64,000 bases of DNA from Promethearchaeota archaeon (GCA_048938105.1 JBHLMN010000013.1:1-64000), one strand, 5' to 3'. Numbered from the stretch's first letter, positions 1 through 10,584 are shown. The notes: generated by a model not told the origin, from the letters alone. A program made the numbers and translations.

Positions 1-2
1 AA

Positions 3-191
3 ATACAGAAGATTGATATTGAGAAAGTTTCCAACTATATTTTTATATTAGCAGGCGGGATTTATAATTATTATCGTTCACTTTCGAGTGTGGAGTTAGT
101 AACAAAAAAAGAGACTGAAATGATCAAAAATGAAACAACAAGGGCATTAAAAATATTCATTCAAGGATTAAAAAGTCCTAACCTTTCGTGA
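3..191 (+). CDS. 3' end of a gene truncated by the window edge, possibly a TetR-family regulator C-terminus
   Basis: Open frame IQKIDIEKVSNYIFILAGGIY...TRALKIFIQGLKSPNLS* ending at TGA 189-191; 'LKIFIQGL' resembles the last helix of TetR proteins. Confidence 0.45.
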   Translation: MQKIDIEKVSNYIFILAGGIYNYYRSLSSVELVTKKETEMIKNETTRALKIFIQGLKSPNLS

Positions 192-597
192 AAAGACTCT
201 ATCATCCTATTACAGTTCTGTTTATGATTGTTTTTTCTAATGTCTTCAAACATCGATTTGACGACTTAATGATTATTCTTGAATTCATGATTTATTTGTA
301 TCATTTTATGATAAATCTCACAAATTTAAATAGATTTTAATTGAATAATTTAGCATATGTTAATCAGTGGGAATCAAATTTAATCTCAATAGGAGAATGC
401 TTTTCTCTAGAATATATTGTCTTAGAATCTGGAATTGTTCATCCATCATTAAACATAATAAGCTCTCTATAGACTTTTTCTTGTTCTTTTTAACTTCATA
501 TAAGTACACTTCAAAAAATTCAAAACATCATATTATTTGTGTGACAAAACGACACTAATAACTCCATCTCTCATTTATTCTGAGGAGTCAAGCAAAT

Positions 598-1863
598 ATG
601 GGATTAGAACACCCTACTGAAGTGGAACCTCCTACTCCACCAAGTTTTATGAACGACTTTATGAATACTTTACTATCAACTATTATTACTGTTGTATTGT
701 GGATTTTATTCTTTGCATACTATGAATGGTTGAGATTATTTTTCCCGCTTTTCTTTGGCATTTCTATTGGGACAATAGTCGCCACATTACTTGTATTTTT
801 CCTTACATATTCAACAGTTATTCGTTGGCTTGATGTTTGGGCATATCAAATAGCTTCATGGCGTAGTAATGTACCTTACATGAATTATCAGACAAAATGT
901 CCTTTTCTCCAACGAAAACTTCTGTCATTTACCTGCAGAGCTGAACAAATCGCACCTTTTGAGGTAGAGCTTTTCGAGAAGTGTCATAAAGAACTCATGT
1001 GGGAAGCTTGTTGGCCTGAACGAATTCCATCCATTTTACTTGTGTATGATGAAGCGCCAGCAAAAATGAAGCAGCAACTAGCATTCATACTTGCAGCAAT
1101 GAAAGAACACGCTTTACCTGCAGCTGAAAAGATGCATGAAGTTTTAACTAGTGAAACCCTCGGGCTTGAAGAACGGGTTTCTGCTGGATATGCATTAGAA
1201 GAAATGAAAGATGAGAGGGGGATTGAGCCGCTTATAACAATGGTTGCTAAGTACGATCAACGTACAGATAAGATGATTCGTGCAATTCTGACGCGTTATC
1301 AAGAGATGGCAATACCTTATCTAATTGATGCAGTTCAAAATTGTGAGAATGACATTCAGTGTGGAGGATATATTGAAGTTATGGGGAAGATAGGACATGA
1401 TAGTACTATTCCAGTTTTAGAGAACTTGTTGATGAACGATACTACAGGGGATTATTCAAAGCTACATACAATTTATGCCTTTCAAGAAATTGGAAATGAA
1501 GAAGCGTTTAAGATATTGATTGCATACCTTGAAAAAGCATCTGATGAGGAGCAATCAGCTATTAAGCAAGTTTGTTTAGCCCGAAAGTTGATTAGCTTAC
1601 CAATGTTGATAGATCTATTATCAAATACCGAAATTTCAGAAGATTATTACGCTCGAATTGGTGACATATTGGCAGAGGTTGATGCAAATACATATGACCG
1701 TTTCTTTACGAAAATAGGTGAATCACAAGGAATTGAAAGCGTTCAAAGATTAGCTGCAATCTTAAAGGAAAATACTCCAGAAGAAGAAGAGTTTATCAGA
1801 GTACATGAGGTTCTTTCCAAGTACTTAGCTTCCACAGAGCCCTCAACAAATATTACTGATTAA
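598..1863 (+). CDS. Membrane-anchored HEAT/PBS-lyase repeat protein
   Basis: Two N-terminal hydrophobic segments, then HEAT-like repeats (RVSAGYALEEMKDERGIEPLI; MGKIGHDSTIPVLENLL; FQEIGNEEAFKILIAYL); SD GAGGAG upstream. Confidence 0.75.
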   Translation: MGLEHPTEVEPPTPPSFMNDFMNTLLSTIITVVLWILFFAYYEWLRLFFPLFFGISIGTIVATLLVFFLTYSTVIRWLDVWAYQIASWRSNVPYMNYQTKCPFLQRKLLSFTCRAEQIAPFEVELFEKCHKELMWEACWPERIPSILLVYDEAPAKMKQQLAFILAAMKEHALPAAEKMHEVLTSETLGLEERVSAGYALEEMKDERGIEPLITMVAKYDQRTDKMIRAILTRYQEMAIPYLIDAVQNCENDIQCGGYIEVMGKIGHDSTIPVLENLLMNDTTGDYSKLHTIYAFQEIGNEEAFKILIAYLEKASDEEQSAIKQVCLARKLISLPMLIDLLSNTEISEDYYARIGDILAEVDANTYDRFFTKIGESQGIESVQRLAAILKENTPEEEEFIRVHEVLSKYLASTEPSTNITD

Positions 1864-1941
1864 AATTCCATCATTTCCTTTATCCAAGAGAAAGAATTGC
1901 TAATAAAAGTGTTATCGTTCTTTCCTGTTTTTCATTCTTAA

Positions 1942-2232
1942 TTAAAACTGAATTAGGACTTTCCAGCCTAATTCTTTTAGATTATTAATAAAATCACGAA
2001 CAAATAACCTTTCTTTGGGGGAAACGTCTTCAATTTTGGATATTTTTTTTTCATTAAGCCAAAGCTCTATTTCCTGACCAGGAAAATGGATAGTCCTTAA
2101 CTTTTTTGGAATATAATAATTTCGGAGCATGAGTCTCACATTTAAGTCTAATAAAACTAAATCAATATAAGAATTAGGAAGACACCCCAATTTTGAAGAA
2201 ATAGTAATGTGAGATAAATTTGAGTAAGACAC
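1942..2232 (-). CDS. Small hypothetical protein (true start uncertain, perhaps the internal Met of MLRNYY)
   Basis: ORF track only; no recognisable motif. Confidence 0.35.
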   Translation of the reverse strand: MSYSNLSHITISSKLGCLPNSYIDLVLLDLNVRLMLRNYYIPKKLRTIHFPGQEIELWLNEKKISKIEDVSPKERLFVRDFINNLKELGWKVLIQF

Positions 2233-2425
2233 TTGAAAATTAAATAAGACTGTCTTGTGAAATAAAAGTTGAGATACGCTTTATGGGAAACACCAATGAT
2301 TAAAATCTTTAAATTACAAATTATCGTTTTTTATCGGAATATTAATTATTTGACGAATTTTATTGAAATACTGATTGTAAAACATATTCTTAAATGAAGG
2401 AATGTCTCTTTAAACAGGAGAATAA

Positions 2426-3124
2426 ATGACTATTACAATAATCTTTTTTGAATCTGCTCTTGAATTGATCCCAAAATCTTTACGTAAACATCCTTTGATT
2501 CGTAAAGAGTGGCAAAAAGGTCTAAGAAAGAAGAGCAGGGGAATTTTACTAGATGGAGCCATACACAGGCCATTATTAGACTCACTAGAAGATGCTGAAA
2601 AGCGGGGGAGACCTGATATCATCCATCATTCACTTTTGGCCATAGTTTATTCTCCTTTGTTCAGAGACAATAAAATTCATGTTATTATTCATACTCGTAA
2701 TGATCTGTGTATTGAAATACCATCTCATTGGAGGGTACCTGTTAACTACAATAGATTTTGTGGGTTATTTTCACAACTATTATTAAAAAAAAGAGTACCT
2801 CTTTCAGGTGAACCAATTCTGACTGTTAAACATAGTTCTCTTTTTAATTTGCTTGATCAATTTAAGGGGACTGAAATTTTTTTTTGTGAACAGACTGGAA
2901 AAAATAATAAGGAAATCAAAGCCAAGAATCTTAGTCAAATTTCACCAATTTCTTCAAAGATTTTTTTAATAGGAGGATTTCAACGTGGAACCACAAAGGT
3001 TCGTATTCCAGAATCAAATATTTCACCCCGTGATTGGATGCTACTCACTTTATATGAGGAAGTAAAACCAGCTTGGGTGATTGCAGCAAAGCTTATTCAT
3101 TGGTTAGAGGTAAGTGATGGTTAA
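2426..3124 (+). CDS. nep1: 16S rRNA pseudouridine N1-methyltransferase Nep1/EMG1 (SPOUT)
   Basis: ESALELIP, KRGRPDIIH, PVNYNRFCGL and IGGFQRG motifs. Confidence 0.93.
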   Translation: MTITIIFFESALELIPKSLRKHPLIRKEWQKGLRKKSRGILLDGAIHRPLLDSLEDAEKRGRPDIIHHSLLAIVYSPLFRDNKIHVIIHTRNDLCIEIPSHWRVPVNYNRFCGLFSQLLLKKRVPLSGEPILTVKHSSLFNLLDQFKGTEIFFCEQTGKNNKEIKAKNLSQISPISSKIFLIGGFQRGTTKVRIPESNISPRDWMLLTLYEEVKPAWVIAAKLIHWLEVSDG

Positions 3125-3681
3125 TGGTAGTAAGGGTACTTATAGCTAGTCTAAATCCCGTGAAAATCCAAGCCACTCATGAAGCTTTTTCTAGTTTTTT
3201 TGATAATCTTGATATTTCCAATATTGGAATTATATCAACAGAGAATCATTTGAAATCACAACCCTTAGGCGAAGAAGAAACTTATGAAGCATCTAGATGG
3301 CGAGTAAAATTTGCACAAAAGAATAACTCTGAGTTTGATTATTATGTGGGAATTGAAGGGGGAGTTGTTTTAACTCCACAAAACCAACCAAGGATTGTAG
3401 TGTATAGTTCTATCGGTAATCACAACATTATTGAAACAATAAGAGGTTGTGAAATCCCTCTCCCTCGTAAATGGTATACTAGGTTGACAGATTCTCCACA
3501 ATTAGAATTAGGTGACTTAGTAACTGAAATTAGTGGTATTTCCAACATTAAACAAAAGGAGGGAGCCGTTGGGTTTCTAACTCAAAATATTGTAAAAAGA
3601 TTTGACATTTTAAAGCAAAGTGTGATGATAGCACTGATTCCTTTTTTAAATCCGACATTTTTCGAGACCTCAATGAAGTGA
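3124..3681 (+). CDS. yjjX: Inosine/xanthosine triphosphatase (YjjX family)
   Basis: ASLNPVK, QPLGEEET, VGIEGG and KQKEGAVGFLT motifs; TAATG overlap with nep1. Confidence 0.9.
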   Translation: MVVRVLIASLNPVKIQATHEAFSSFFDNLDISNIGIISTENHLKSQPLGEEETYEASRWRVKFAQKNNSEFDYYVGIEGGVVLTPQNQPRIVVYSSIGNHNIIETIRGCEIPLPRKWYTRLTDSPQLELGDLVTEISGISNIKQKEGAVGFLTQNIVKRFDILKQSVMIALIPFLNPTFFETSMK

Positions 3682-3772
3682 AAAAGAGGAAAAAGAAAAA
3701 TCATTAATACAGTGCATTGTTCATCTTAAGTAAAGAGAATTATGCTTTTTATTAAAAGGAAATTGGTATTTA

Positions 3773-4300
3773 ATGAGATCTATTCATCCAATCACTAATC
3801 ACACGAGAATTCCTAAACAAATTGAACAAATTAAGCACTGGTTAGATCTTTTAAGGTTGGATTATGTTATATTATCCAATTCTCATGATTCAAGTTTCAC
3901 ATTTCTTCTCCCAATCAAAAATTGCCCTGATATTAATATTACTATTGAGGGAGACTTTTCACATATATCTTTTTTTTCCAACGGATTAACACGGTTATCA
4001 ACAGAGTCAAAAGAGGCTGTTAACTCATTTCTCCGTCAGTTAATGCAACTCCAAAGCCATTATTTTACTAGTAGAGTCATATCTACAAGCCCTCAAGAAG
4101 ATCTGCGAGTATTTCTAGGATTTCGCTACAATGAAATGTCTATGTATCGTTTTTCAAGAAAAATCCGCGAATTGATCCAATTCGTTAAGGAAGTATCAGA
4201 ATTAATCGATAAACATAAAATGAATGAGTTGTGGCGAGATACTGAACAAGAACCAAAGTTTCCAGAAATTGACGTTAGAGAGCGAATACGTTTCCTTTAA
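3773..4300 (+). CDS. Hypothetical protein, possibly YbjN/chaperone-like fold
   Basis: Helix-strands-helix-strands-helix pattern reminiscent of YbjN; inference only. Confidence 0.5.
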   Translation: MRSIHPITNHTRIPKQIEQIKHWLDLLRLDYVILSNSHDSSFTFLLPIKNCPDINITIEGDFSHISFFSNGLTRLSTESKEAVNSFLRQLMQLQSHYFTSRVISTSPQEDLRVFLGFRYNEMSMYRFSRKIRELIQFVKEVSELIDKHKMNELWRDTEQEPKFPEIDVRERIRFL

Positions 4301-4307
4301 AGCGTCT

Positions 4308-4823
4308 TTAAAATGGTTTATTGCGCCAACTAAGGACGGTTTCCGCCCAACAAACGGAAACTGCAAACAATCCGAAAATAAGAGCAAAAACTTCACCTGT
4401 AGAGAAGGGTGATGTTAGAAAAAAGATGATATATCCTCCAAATAAAACAGAAACGAAAATGGCATAAAAGAAGAAGCGGGGGAGAGTGTAGTTTCCTACC
4501 ATCACAAATTGATTTAAGGCTCCAATGTCAATCTTTTTTGCTACTTCATAATTACCAAATCTATTTTTACGAACTATCCCTAAGGTCTCTAGCTTTTCCA
4601 AATGATAACTAGAAACACTGGGAGATGATAAATCTAGGCTTCTTTGTATTTCTCGGACTCCTGCAGCGCTTTTCTTCCGTAATAAATAGAAATAAACATC
4701 TAGAGTAGTGCCTTTAATTACACTCTCATAATTTATTTCTGAGGTTCCAGTATCTTTTTCATTTCTGTTCTCAGAAAAGTTTTTGACTCTCCTTAAAACG
4801 GTCCTAGTATATTGATGAACCAT
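4308..4823 (-). CDS. Membrane-tethered winged-helix transcription regulator
   Basis: GVREIQRSLDLSSPSVSSYHLEKLETLGIV HTH followed by two TM segments; likely start ATG 4823 rather than the track's 4916. Confidence 0.8.
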   Translation of the reverse strand: MVHQYTRTVLRRVKNFSENRNEKDTGTSEINYESVIKGTTLDVYFYLLRKKSAAGVREIQRSLDLSSPSVSSYHLEKLETLGIVRKNRFGNYEVAKKIDIGALNQFVMVGNYTLPRFFFYAIFVSVLFGGYIIFFLTSPFSTGEVFALIFGLFAVSVCWAETVLSWRNKPF

Positions 4824-4966
4824 GTTAAAACCACAAAAAAAAGCTATTCTTTCACACTTCAGTGAGTTTTCTTTGGCGATATTTAAATAAAATATGTCTG
4901 GTGTTGTCACCAACACTTTCTATGGATCTGTAGTAATAAACAAAATTAAAGGAGATAAATCAGAAA

Positions 4967-5443
4967 ATGACTATTCGATCTTCAGAGTCAGAAAAGATCG
5001 ATTCCCTTCGCGATATCCTCTCTTCACTTGAAACAACTGCTCAAGTGAGACCAGAAATCGAAAAATATACCATATCTCTTTCAAATAGACTTCTCTCTTT
5101 GACTAGGGATTATTATGCAAGCTTGATCTTTATGTTCACTACTCCATTATCATTTCATCAAAGGTTAATTTTCATGCAATTAATTGCAATCTTCCCCCAA
5201 GGTAGTTCAGGTATTGACTTAGCACGAGCTTTGGGAATCTCTGTACAATCTAAGTCTATTTATAGAGATCTAAAGGCCCTAGAAAAACAAGGGCTTGTTC
5301 GAATTGATGAAGTTCACTCTCGTTTAAAACTAGCATTCGCTAATAGTGATAATCAACTTGTTAATAGGTTGATTGAACTTGTTCAAATCCACGGAGAATC
5401 TCTGAGGGAATTACTTAGTGCTAAAAATAAAAGGGGTGAATAG
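4967..5443 (+). CDS. Winged-helix HTH protein
   Basis: SGIDLARALG...KSIYRDLKALEKQGLV; SD GGAG upstream. Confidence 0.75.
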   Translation: MTIRSSESEKIDSLRDILSSLETTAQVRPEIEKYTISLSNRLLSLTRDYYASLIFMFTTPLSFHQRLIFMQLIAIFPQGSSGIDLARALGISVQSKSIYRDLKALEKQGLVRIDEVHSRLKLAFANSDNQLVNRLIELVQIHGESLRELLSAKNKRGE

Positions 5444-5445
5444 AA

Positions 5446-6090
5446 CTGCTATTACTGCCAAATAAGAGAATTTGGAGATATCAAATCGGTCTTATTGTAG
5501 TTTTAGCTTCCACCCTTTCCTTAATGCTTGTTTTCTTACACCCCATCATCCAAAGCTGTAGCAGAACGTCAATTAATGGTTATAGGATTGTTGGGCCCAC
5601 TTCTGAAACATATGCTGACAGTATTGAAGGGGTTAACCCTCTTCTAGGGATTATCAGCTCACTAATATTCATAATTGGGTTATTGATACTAATTGAATCA
5701 ATATTCTTTTGGGTTCCATCATTAACAGACCTATTTATAGACAATAGTAAAGGGAAAATGATTTGGTATTGGACACGACTTGGGTTTCCTGAAAGAGTCT
5801 TTTCTCTTATAGATACCGATGTTAGAATTATTGTTCGTCGGAAACGTTTTTCTCTTAAAGGCCTATTTATGAGAGAATTTACGATGGAAATTCATTTTAC
5901 AAAGGACACATCTGAAGTCAAACGAATTTCTGATTTTACTGGGATTGCGAAGATTATCCAAAAAACTCCTTCTCATATTATTCTTCTGAAAACAGTAATG
6001 CTGAAGAGTTTACCACTTCAGATCCTCCAAATTAAAACATTATTAGCTTCAAGTGCAAAAATCCGTGCGAAAACAGGGTCCATTCTATAA
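5446..6090 (+). CDS. Hypothetical two-TM membrane protein (probable CTG start)
   Basis: Frame is open from CTG 5446, 7 nt after SD GGTG; the extension completes a first hydrophobic helix upstream of the track's ATG 5524. Confidence 0.6.
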   Translation: MLLLPNKRIWRYQIGLIVVLASTLSLMLVFLHPIIQSCSRTSINGYRIVGPTSETYADSIEGVNPLLGIISSLIFIIGLLILIESIFFWVPSLTDLFIDNSKGKMIWYWTRLGFPERVFSLIDTDVRIIVRRKRFSLKGLFMREFTMEIHFTKDTSEVKRISDFTGIAKIIQKTPSHIILLKTVMLKSLPLQILQIKTLLASSAKIRAKTGSIL

Positions 6091-6191
6091 CCTAGAAGAT
6101 CTCTGTTGTAATAGAGGGTGTTTTCTTCCGTTTAAAATCCATTCTTGAAGTTTTTAAATTGTTAGCATTTTTAGGAAAAACAGTGGTTTAT

Positions 6192-6794
6192 TTGGGAAAT
6201 ACTCGAATTGTAGCTTATCAGGTTCAAGATAACGGTTTTTTTGATCCGGTTATCTTTAGAAAAGAGAACTTGATTTCCACTGAAGTTTTTATCTTCGTTG
6301 ATGAAGGTAAAAAAGAGATCTGGATCTGGATTGGAGAAGATGCTGATGTTAGAACACGATTCATCTCCAGCACAGTAGCTTCAGAGATCAGAGGGCTTTA
6401 TGGTCTTACTTTTCGGGTTAGATCTGCAGACCAAGGACGAGAGGGCACCGATTTTTGGGAATTCCTTGATATCATCCCACAAGAGGGGATTGGGCCTACA
6501 AAGGATAAGGAACCATTTGAACGAAAACCTCCTGTTCTGGAGATCTTAAAGAAAAAGCTCCCAAAGAAAGATGTAGATCAGGTTTCTAAAAAGAAACAAA
6601 ATAAACCTTTAACTGAATATATAGAAGCAAAACCTTCTTTAGTGACAACCCCATCATGTCCTCAGTGCAAAAAAGGGCACTTAATTCCATTCTCACAAAT
6701 AGTTAAAGTAACCTCACGAAGGAAGGAGGTATTGCCTTTCGCAAAATGGGTTTGTTCAAACTGTGGTTTTTCTCCTAAAGGAATTGATTCTTAA
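6192..6794 (+). CDS. Single gelsolin-like domain protein with Lys-rich linker and C-terminal zinc ribbon
   Basis: EVFIFVDEGKKEIWIWIGEDA...QGREGTDFWEFL matches the gelsolin repeat pattern (vFilD..iyiWiG..s / qG.E...Fw); CPQC...CSNC at the C-terminus; likely TTG start 6192. Confidence 0.8.
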   Translation: MGNTRIVAYQVQDNGFFDPVIFRKENLISTEVFIFVDEGKKEIWIWIGEDADVRTRFISSTVASEIRGLYGLTFRVRSADQGREGTDFWEFLDIIPQEGIGPTKDKEPFERKPPVLEILKKKLPKKDVDQVSKKKQNKPLTEYIEAKPSLVTTPSCPQCKKGHLIPFSQIVKVTSRRKEVLPFAKWVCSNCGFSPKGIDS

Positions 6795-6798
6795 TTCC

Positions 6799-7503
6799 CT
6801 ATCTCGAGTCAGAAGTCTGCTGTTGTGTCTTTAGGAGCTCGTCAAGTTGTTTTCGCTTTTCTTCTGGCATCTCTTCCATGACTTTTTGCTGTTGCTCAAG
6901 TAAATTTTGCATAAAAAGTGAGTATATTAAAGGAAGCATCATTTGTGCTTCAACTTTAGCTTCGAAATCAAGGCGTGCATTATCACGGTCTTCGATAAGA
7001 CGTTCTTTAGTCATTGTACCTTGTCCTAATCCAGGAACTGATTTATCTTTGATGAAATAATTTTTCCCATTATATCCTAATGGGAATGCTTTACATTCCA
7101 AAGGCATTGCATGATAAATATTACAAAGTCTATTCTCCTTATCGAACATTGAACATCCATTTTCCGAACTAGTAAGAATAAGGGTTAAAACGCCCTGATT
7201 CTCTTCTGATCCTGTTGTTTTAAGTGTTCGCAACCTTAGGTTTGGAAAAACAGCATTAATTGCTCCTGATTGGGTCCAATTTCGAATATCAGCTAGTGAT
7301 ACTGGCACAAATTCTCTTTTCTCGCAACAGTTTCCGCATTTTGTACAATTGAACACATACTTCTTCTTGGTCTCAGGTTTTGCTGCAGATTCCTGCTCTT
7401 CTTTGTCTTTTTCATCTTTTTTAGTCTCTTCCCCTGAAGACGTTTCTGAATCCTTTCTCATTTCTTCTTTGCTTTCTTTTTCGGACATTCTACCATCTTC
7501 CAT
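6799..7503 (-). CDS. YkgJ-family (CxxCxxCC) Fe-S/Zn cysteine-cluster protein
   Basis: FNCTKCGNCC, CSMFD...CNIY...PLECKAFP; charged N-terminal tail. Confidence 0.85.
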   Translation of the reverse strand: MEDGRMSEKESKEEMRKDSETSSGEETKKDEKDKEEQESAAKPETKKKYVFNCTKCGNCCEKREFVPVSLADIRNWTQSGAINAVFPNLRLRTLKTTGSEENQGVLTLILTSSENGCSMFDKENRLCNIYHAMPLECKAFPLGYNGKNYFIKDKSVPGLGQGTMTKERLIEDRDNARLDFEAKVEAQMMLPLIYSLFMQNLLEQQQKVMEEMPEEKRKQLDELLKTQQQTSDSR

Positions 7504-7587
7504 ATATCTAAGGTCTGATTCTTTTTTTTGACAATCTTTTTTATTTTATTTTCTAAGAATATTAAGACACTTCTAACTTAGAATTAG

Positions 7588-8385
7588 TCATTTATTAATG
7601 TCATTACATTGTTTTGCAATAAGTGCAGCCGTTGCGCCAGCGTTTATTCCATTGTCGATGTTGACAACGACCAATCCAGGAGAACAGCTTTGAAGCATTG
7701 TCATTAAGGCCCCTTCCCCCTTTCCACCATATCCATAACCTATTGAAGTAGGAACACCTATTACGGGGATGTTTACTAGACTTGAAACAATTGTGGGTAG
7801 TGCTCCTTCCATACCAGCCACGACAACTATTACTCTAACTTTTTCTTTAACCATTTCTTTAAGTGGTGTGAATAATCGATGAACTCCCGCAATTCCAACA
7901 TCATTGAACTGTACGGTTTGTACCCCCATTAATCGTGCTATAGCTCTTGCCTCCTCTGCAACTGGGATGTCTGATGTCCCAGCAGTTAATAGACCTATGC
8001 TGCATTTGGATGTCGGAAATTCAAATCCAAATTTCGTTATAGTGACCGTATAAGGTTCAAAAGATGGTGCATAATGAATGTTGTATCTATCTTCATATCT
8101 CTCCTTTATGAGATCAAGATGTTTGGAAAGAACCCTAGACAGTAGAATGGCCGAATTATCAACCATGTATTTTGCTATGATCTCTATTAAGATTTCAGGA
8201 TCCTTTTTTTCGGCGTAAATCACTTCTGGAATACCTCTACGATTGTACCTCCCTAAATCCAGTTTGACACCATCTTCAATGAACTCTAAGCTAAATAAAC
8301 TTAAAGCAGCTTTTGCTTCTTTCAAATCTATTTCTCCCGCTTTAAGCTGTCTTAAAATTGTATCAATATCACGCATTGTTTTCAT
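7588..8385 (-). CDS. larB: Nickel-pincer cofactor biosynthesis protein LarB
   Basis: RRGIPEVIYAEKK, TAGTSDIPVAEEA, DVGIAG, AGMEGALP, VPTSIGYG and VVNIDNG motifs. Confidence 0.93.
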   Translation of the reverse strand: MKTMRDIDTILRQLKAGEIDLKEAKAALSLFSLEFIEDGVKLDLGRYNRRGIPEVIYAEKKDPEILIEIIAKYMVDNSAILLSRVLSKHLDLIKERYEDRYNIHYAPSFEPYTVTITKFGFEFPTSKCSIGLLTAGTSDIPVAEEARAIARLMGVQTVQFNDVGIAGVHRLFTPLKEMVKEKVRVIVVVAGMEGALPTIVSSLVNIPVIGVPTSIGYGYGGKGEGALMTMLQSCSPGLVVVNIDNGINAGATAALIAKQCNDINK

Positions 8386-9604
8386 CCTGCTTGTGAATTT
8401 CCGAGAGAATGCGTTTTCTAATTTCTCTCAATGAAACTCCCTTCTGTTGTGCTATTCGTTTCAAATCATCATATTCGACTTTTTCTGAGACGAGCTCCGA
8501 ATTTACATATCCCCTTTTTAGATGAACAGACTCCATTCCATCCATTATATTGATTTGATGGGAAGTTTGTTTACGGGGAACGATATGACGAAATCCAGGG
8601 AGTATTCGTACTCCAAGAGTGCCCAATTCACGGGTTAAGATTTTTGTTACTTGTAAAGTTTTTGAGGGCTCCACGATTGCTCGAATAAGGAATCCTGGCC
8701 GATTTTTTTTCGAAACTGTGTTAATTATGGTAAGATCAAGGATGAAATTATCTTCAAACAAAATATCAAACAAGTAACCCAGTGTTTCTCCATCTACATC
8801 ATCAACATTAGTTTCTAAGATGTTAATTTCTTCTTTCAGCAATGTTGAAGGCTGAGAACCTCGAATGATTTGTAAACAGGTTAATGTACCCTTCTGATAT
8901 TCGCGAGTTCCAAAGCTTCGTCCAATATCATGAATATATATTGCTGGAAGGAAATTAACTGACTGAGCTTTTAATGAAGCAAGAATTGCCGCTCCAGTTG
9001 GAGTTAATAATTCCCCCTCAATTGGTCCTCCTTTTACGAGAAGGTTTCCTAGCCGGATGATTTCGGTGGTTGCAGGTGATGGAACAGATACTTGCCCATG
9101 AGCAATAGTAATCAAACCTCCGCCTAAAGCAATAGGTAGTATATTAGTTTGCATTTGATGAAAGCCTAATTGTTCCCAAAGATAAGAAAATCCAATAATA
9201 TCGAATACTGTGTCAATAAGGGCTAATTCATGAAAATGAGTGAGCTCAGAGTGCTGGCCATGAACTTTTTTCTCAGCTTCAATTAAGAAATTCAAAGCAT
9301 TAAAGGCTATTTTCTGACATTTAGGTGATATTTCCAGTTTTTTACTTAAATCACTAATCATTTCATGCATTTCTTGGGGAGAGAATTTTTTTATAGCAGA
9401 GGTTTTAACTTGAGTGCCAATTATACCTTGTTTTTTAACAGATAGCCAGTTTACTTGAAAATTAGAGTCGTACTCTACCAATAGGTTCTGAAAGAGTTGA
9501 CAAAATTCGGTACGAAAGGTCTCTCCTCGTAAATCTAATAATGAAGCGATTAATAGATCACCTGCAGCACCAGATGTGGTGGGATCAATTATTACAAGCG
9601 ACAT
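8369..9604 (-). CDS. larC: Nickel insertase LarC
   Basis: IDPTTSGAAGD, HFHE, IAHG..VPSPAT, GELLTPTGAAI, LETNVDD, KKNRPG and GTLGVR motifs; true start ATG 9604 (track extends to 9832). Confidence 0.92.
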   Translation of the reverse strand: MSLVIIDPTTSGAAGDLLIASLLDLRGETFRTEFCQLFQNLLVEYDSNFQVNWLSVKKQGIIGTQVKTSAIKKFSPQEMHEMISDLSKKLEISPKCQKIAFNALNFLIEAEKKVHGQHSELTHFHELALIDTVFDIIGFSYLWEQLGFHQMQTNILPIALGGGLITIAHGQVSVPSPATTEIIRLGNLLVKGGPIEGELLTPTGAAILASLKAQSVNFLPAIYIHDIGRSFGTREYQKGTLTCLQIIRGSQPSTLLKEEINILETNVDDVDGETLGYLFDILFEDNFILDLTIINTVSKKNRPGFLIRAIVEPSKTLQVTKILTRELGTLGVRILPGFRHIVPRKQTSHQINIMDGMESVHLKRGYVNSELVSEKVEYDDLKRIAQQKGVSLREIRKRILSEIHKQDENNA

Positions 9605-9834
9605 TGTCAGTTTCCCTTTGAAAATAGCTGATTTTTCTTGAGATTTTAATTTTGTTTCAACAATCTTTCTCGTTTTTGACTCTAGAATTATTGAAATGCG
9701 TGAAAATAGTAGTTTCAAAATACCTAAATGTGAGGGATAACATGCAAGAAATAACGATAGGAATAGAATATGTATAACATTTAAGCTAAAAACATAAAAT
9801 CGGATTATATCTCGTCCGATAGAGGAAACCACGA

Positions 9835-10584
9835 ATGCTTGGGGTAAACATTACTACTAAGAATGGCTTATTGCTTTTTTCTCATTTTTTCGTGGCAGGA
9901 TTTTCCGATGTTGACGAAGATTTACGAGCAGGGTTAATGACTGCAGTTTTAAATGCTGTAAAAAAGACACACAATAATTCAAGCATAGATACGAGTATTA
10001 AAACGATTGATCAAGGTAGATATTTCGTTCATATTGTCGAGGGGGTATTTACCTACGGCCTTTTCTTTAGTCATGAAAATGATCTGAAAGAAAATACATT
10101 TGCAAACACGACTCTCCAGAAATTTGAAAGTATGTTTGAACAAAATCTGAATGAAAATATTTCTTTTGATGAAAAAGAATTCACAATATTCAGTGATTAT
10201 CTAAAGAAGGAGTATAATGCCTTAATCTCTATTGATGTAGTTGGACTCTCTAAGATTATTGAAATTATGGAGGAATCATTTTTCTCAAACTACATCATAT
10301 TGGAAAAACCAAATTTGCATCAAGTTTTCACAACAGTTTCTCTTCCAGCAATTTATCCATACACAAATCAACTAGTATTGATGTGTAAAAACATTCTAGA
10401 GGCAAGTTTCAAAATAAAAAATGAAATATCCGAAATTAAATTCAATCTTGGAGAAAACATCTATATCTTTGTCCATAGCCTTCGAAAATATGTGGTAATC
10501 ATCATAGTGGAAAAAAAGGATCATGATAAAGCAATCAAGGAAATCGTACGAATTCACAATAAAATTGAATTATACTTTTTTTGA
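9835..10584 (+). CDS. Longin-like domain protein with a second longin/roadblock-like domain (eukaryotic signature protein)
   Basis: ITTKNGLLLFSHFF...DEDLRAGLMTAV is the typical Asgard longin start (i...sG..lfs....d..l.ggl.tai); C-terminal beta-meander plus helix. Confidence 0.65.
   Translation: MLGVNITTKNGLLLFSHFFVAGFSDVDEDLRAGLMTAVLNAVKKTHNNSSIDTSIKTIDQGRYFVHIVEGVFTYGLFFSHENDLKENTFANTTLQKFESMFEQNLNENISFDEKEFTIFSDYLKKEYNALISIDVVGLSKIIEIMEESFFSNYIILEKPNLHQVFTTVSLPAIYPYTNQLVLMCKNILEASFKIKNEISEIKFNLGENIYIFVHSLRKYVVIIIVEKKDHDKAIKEIVRIHNKIELYFF

Noticed and set aside
7588-9604. Complete lactate racemase system
   Set aside because: larA and larE are not in the window; larB/larC clusters without them are common in archaea
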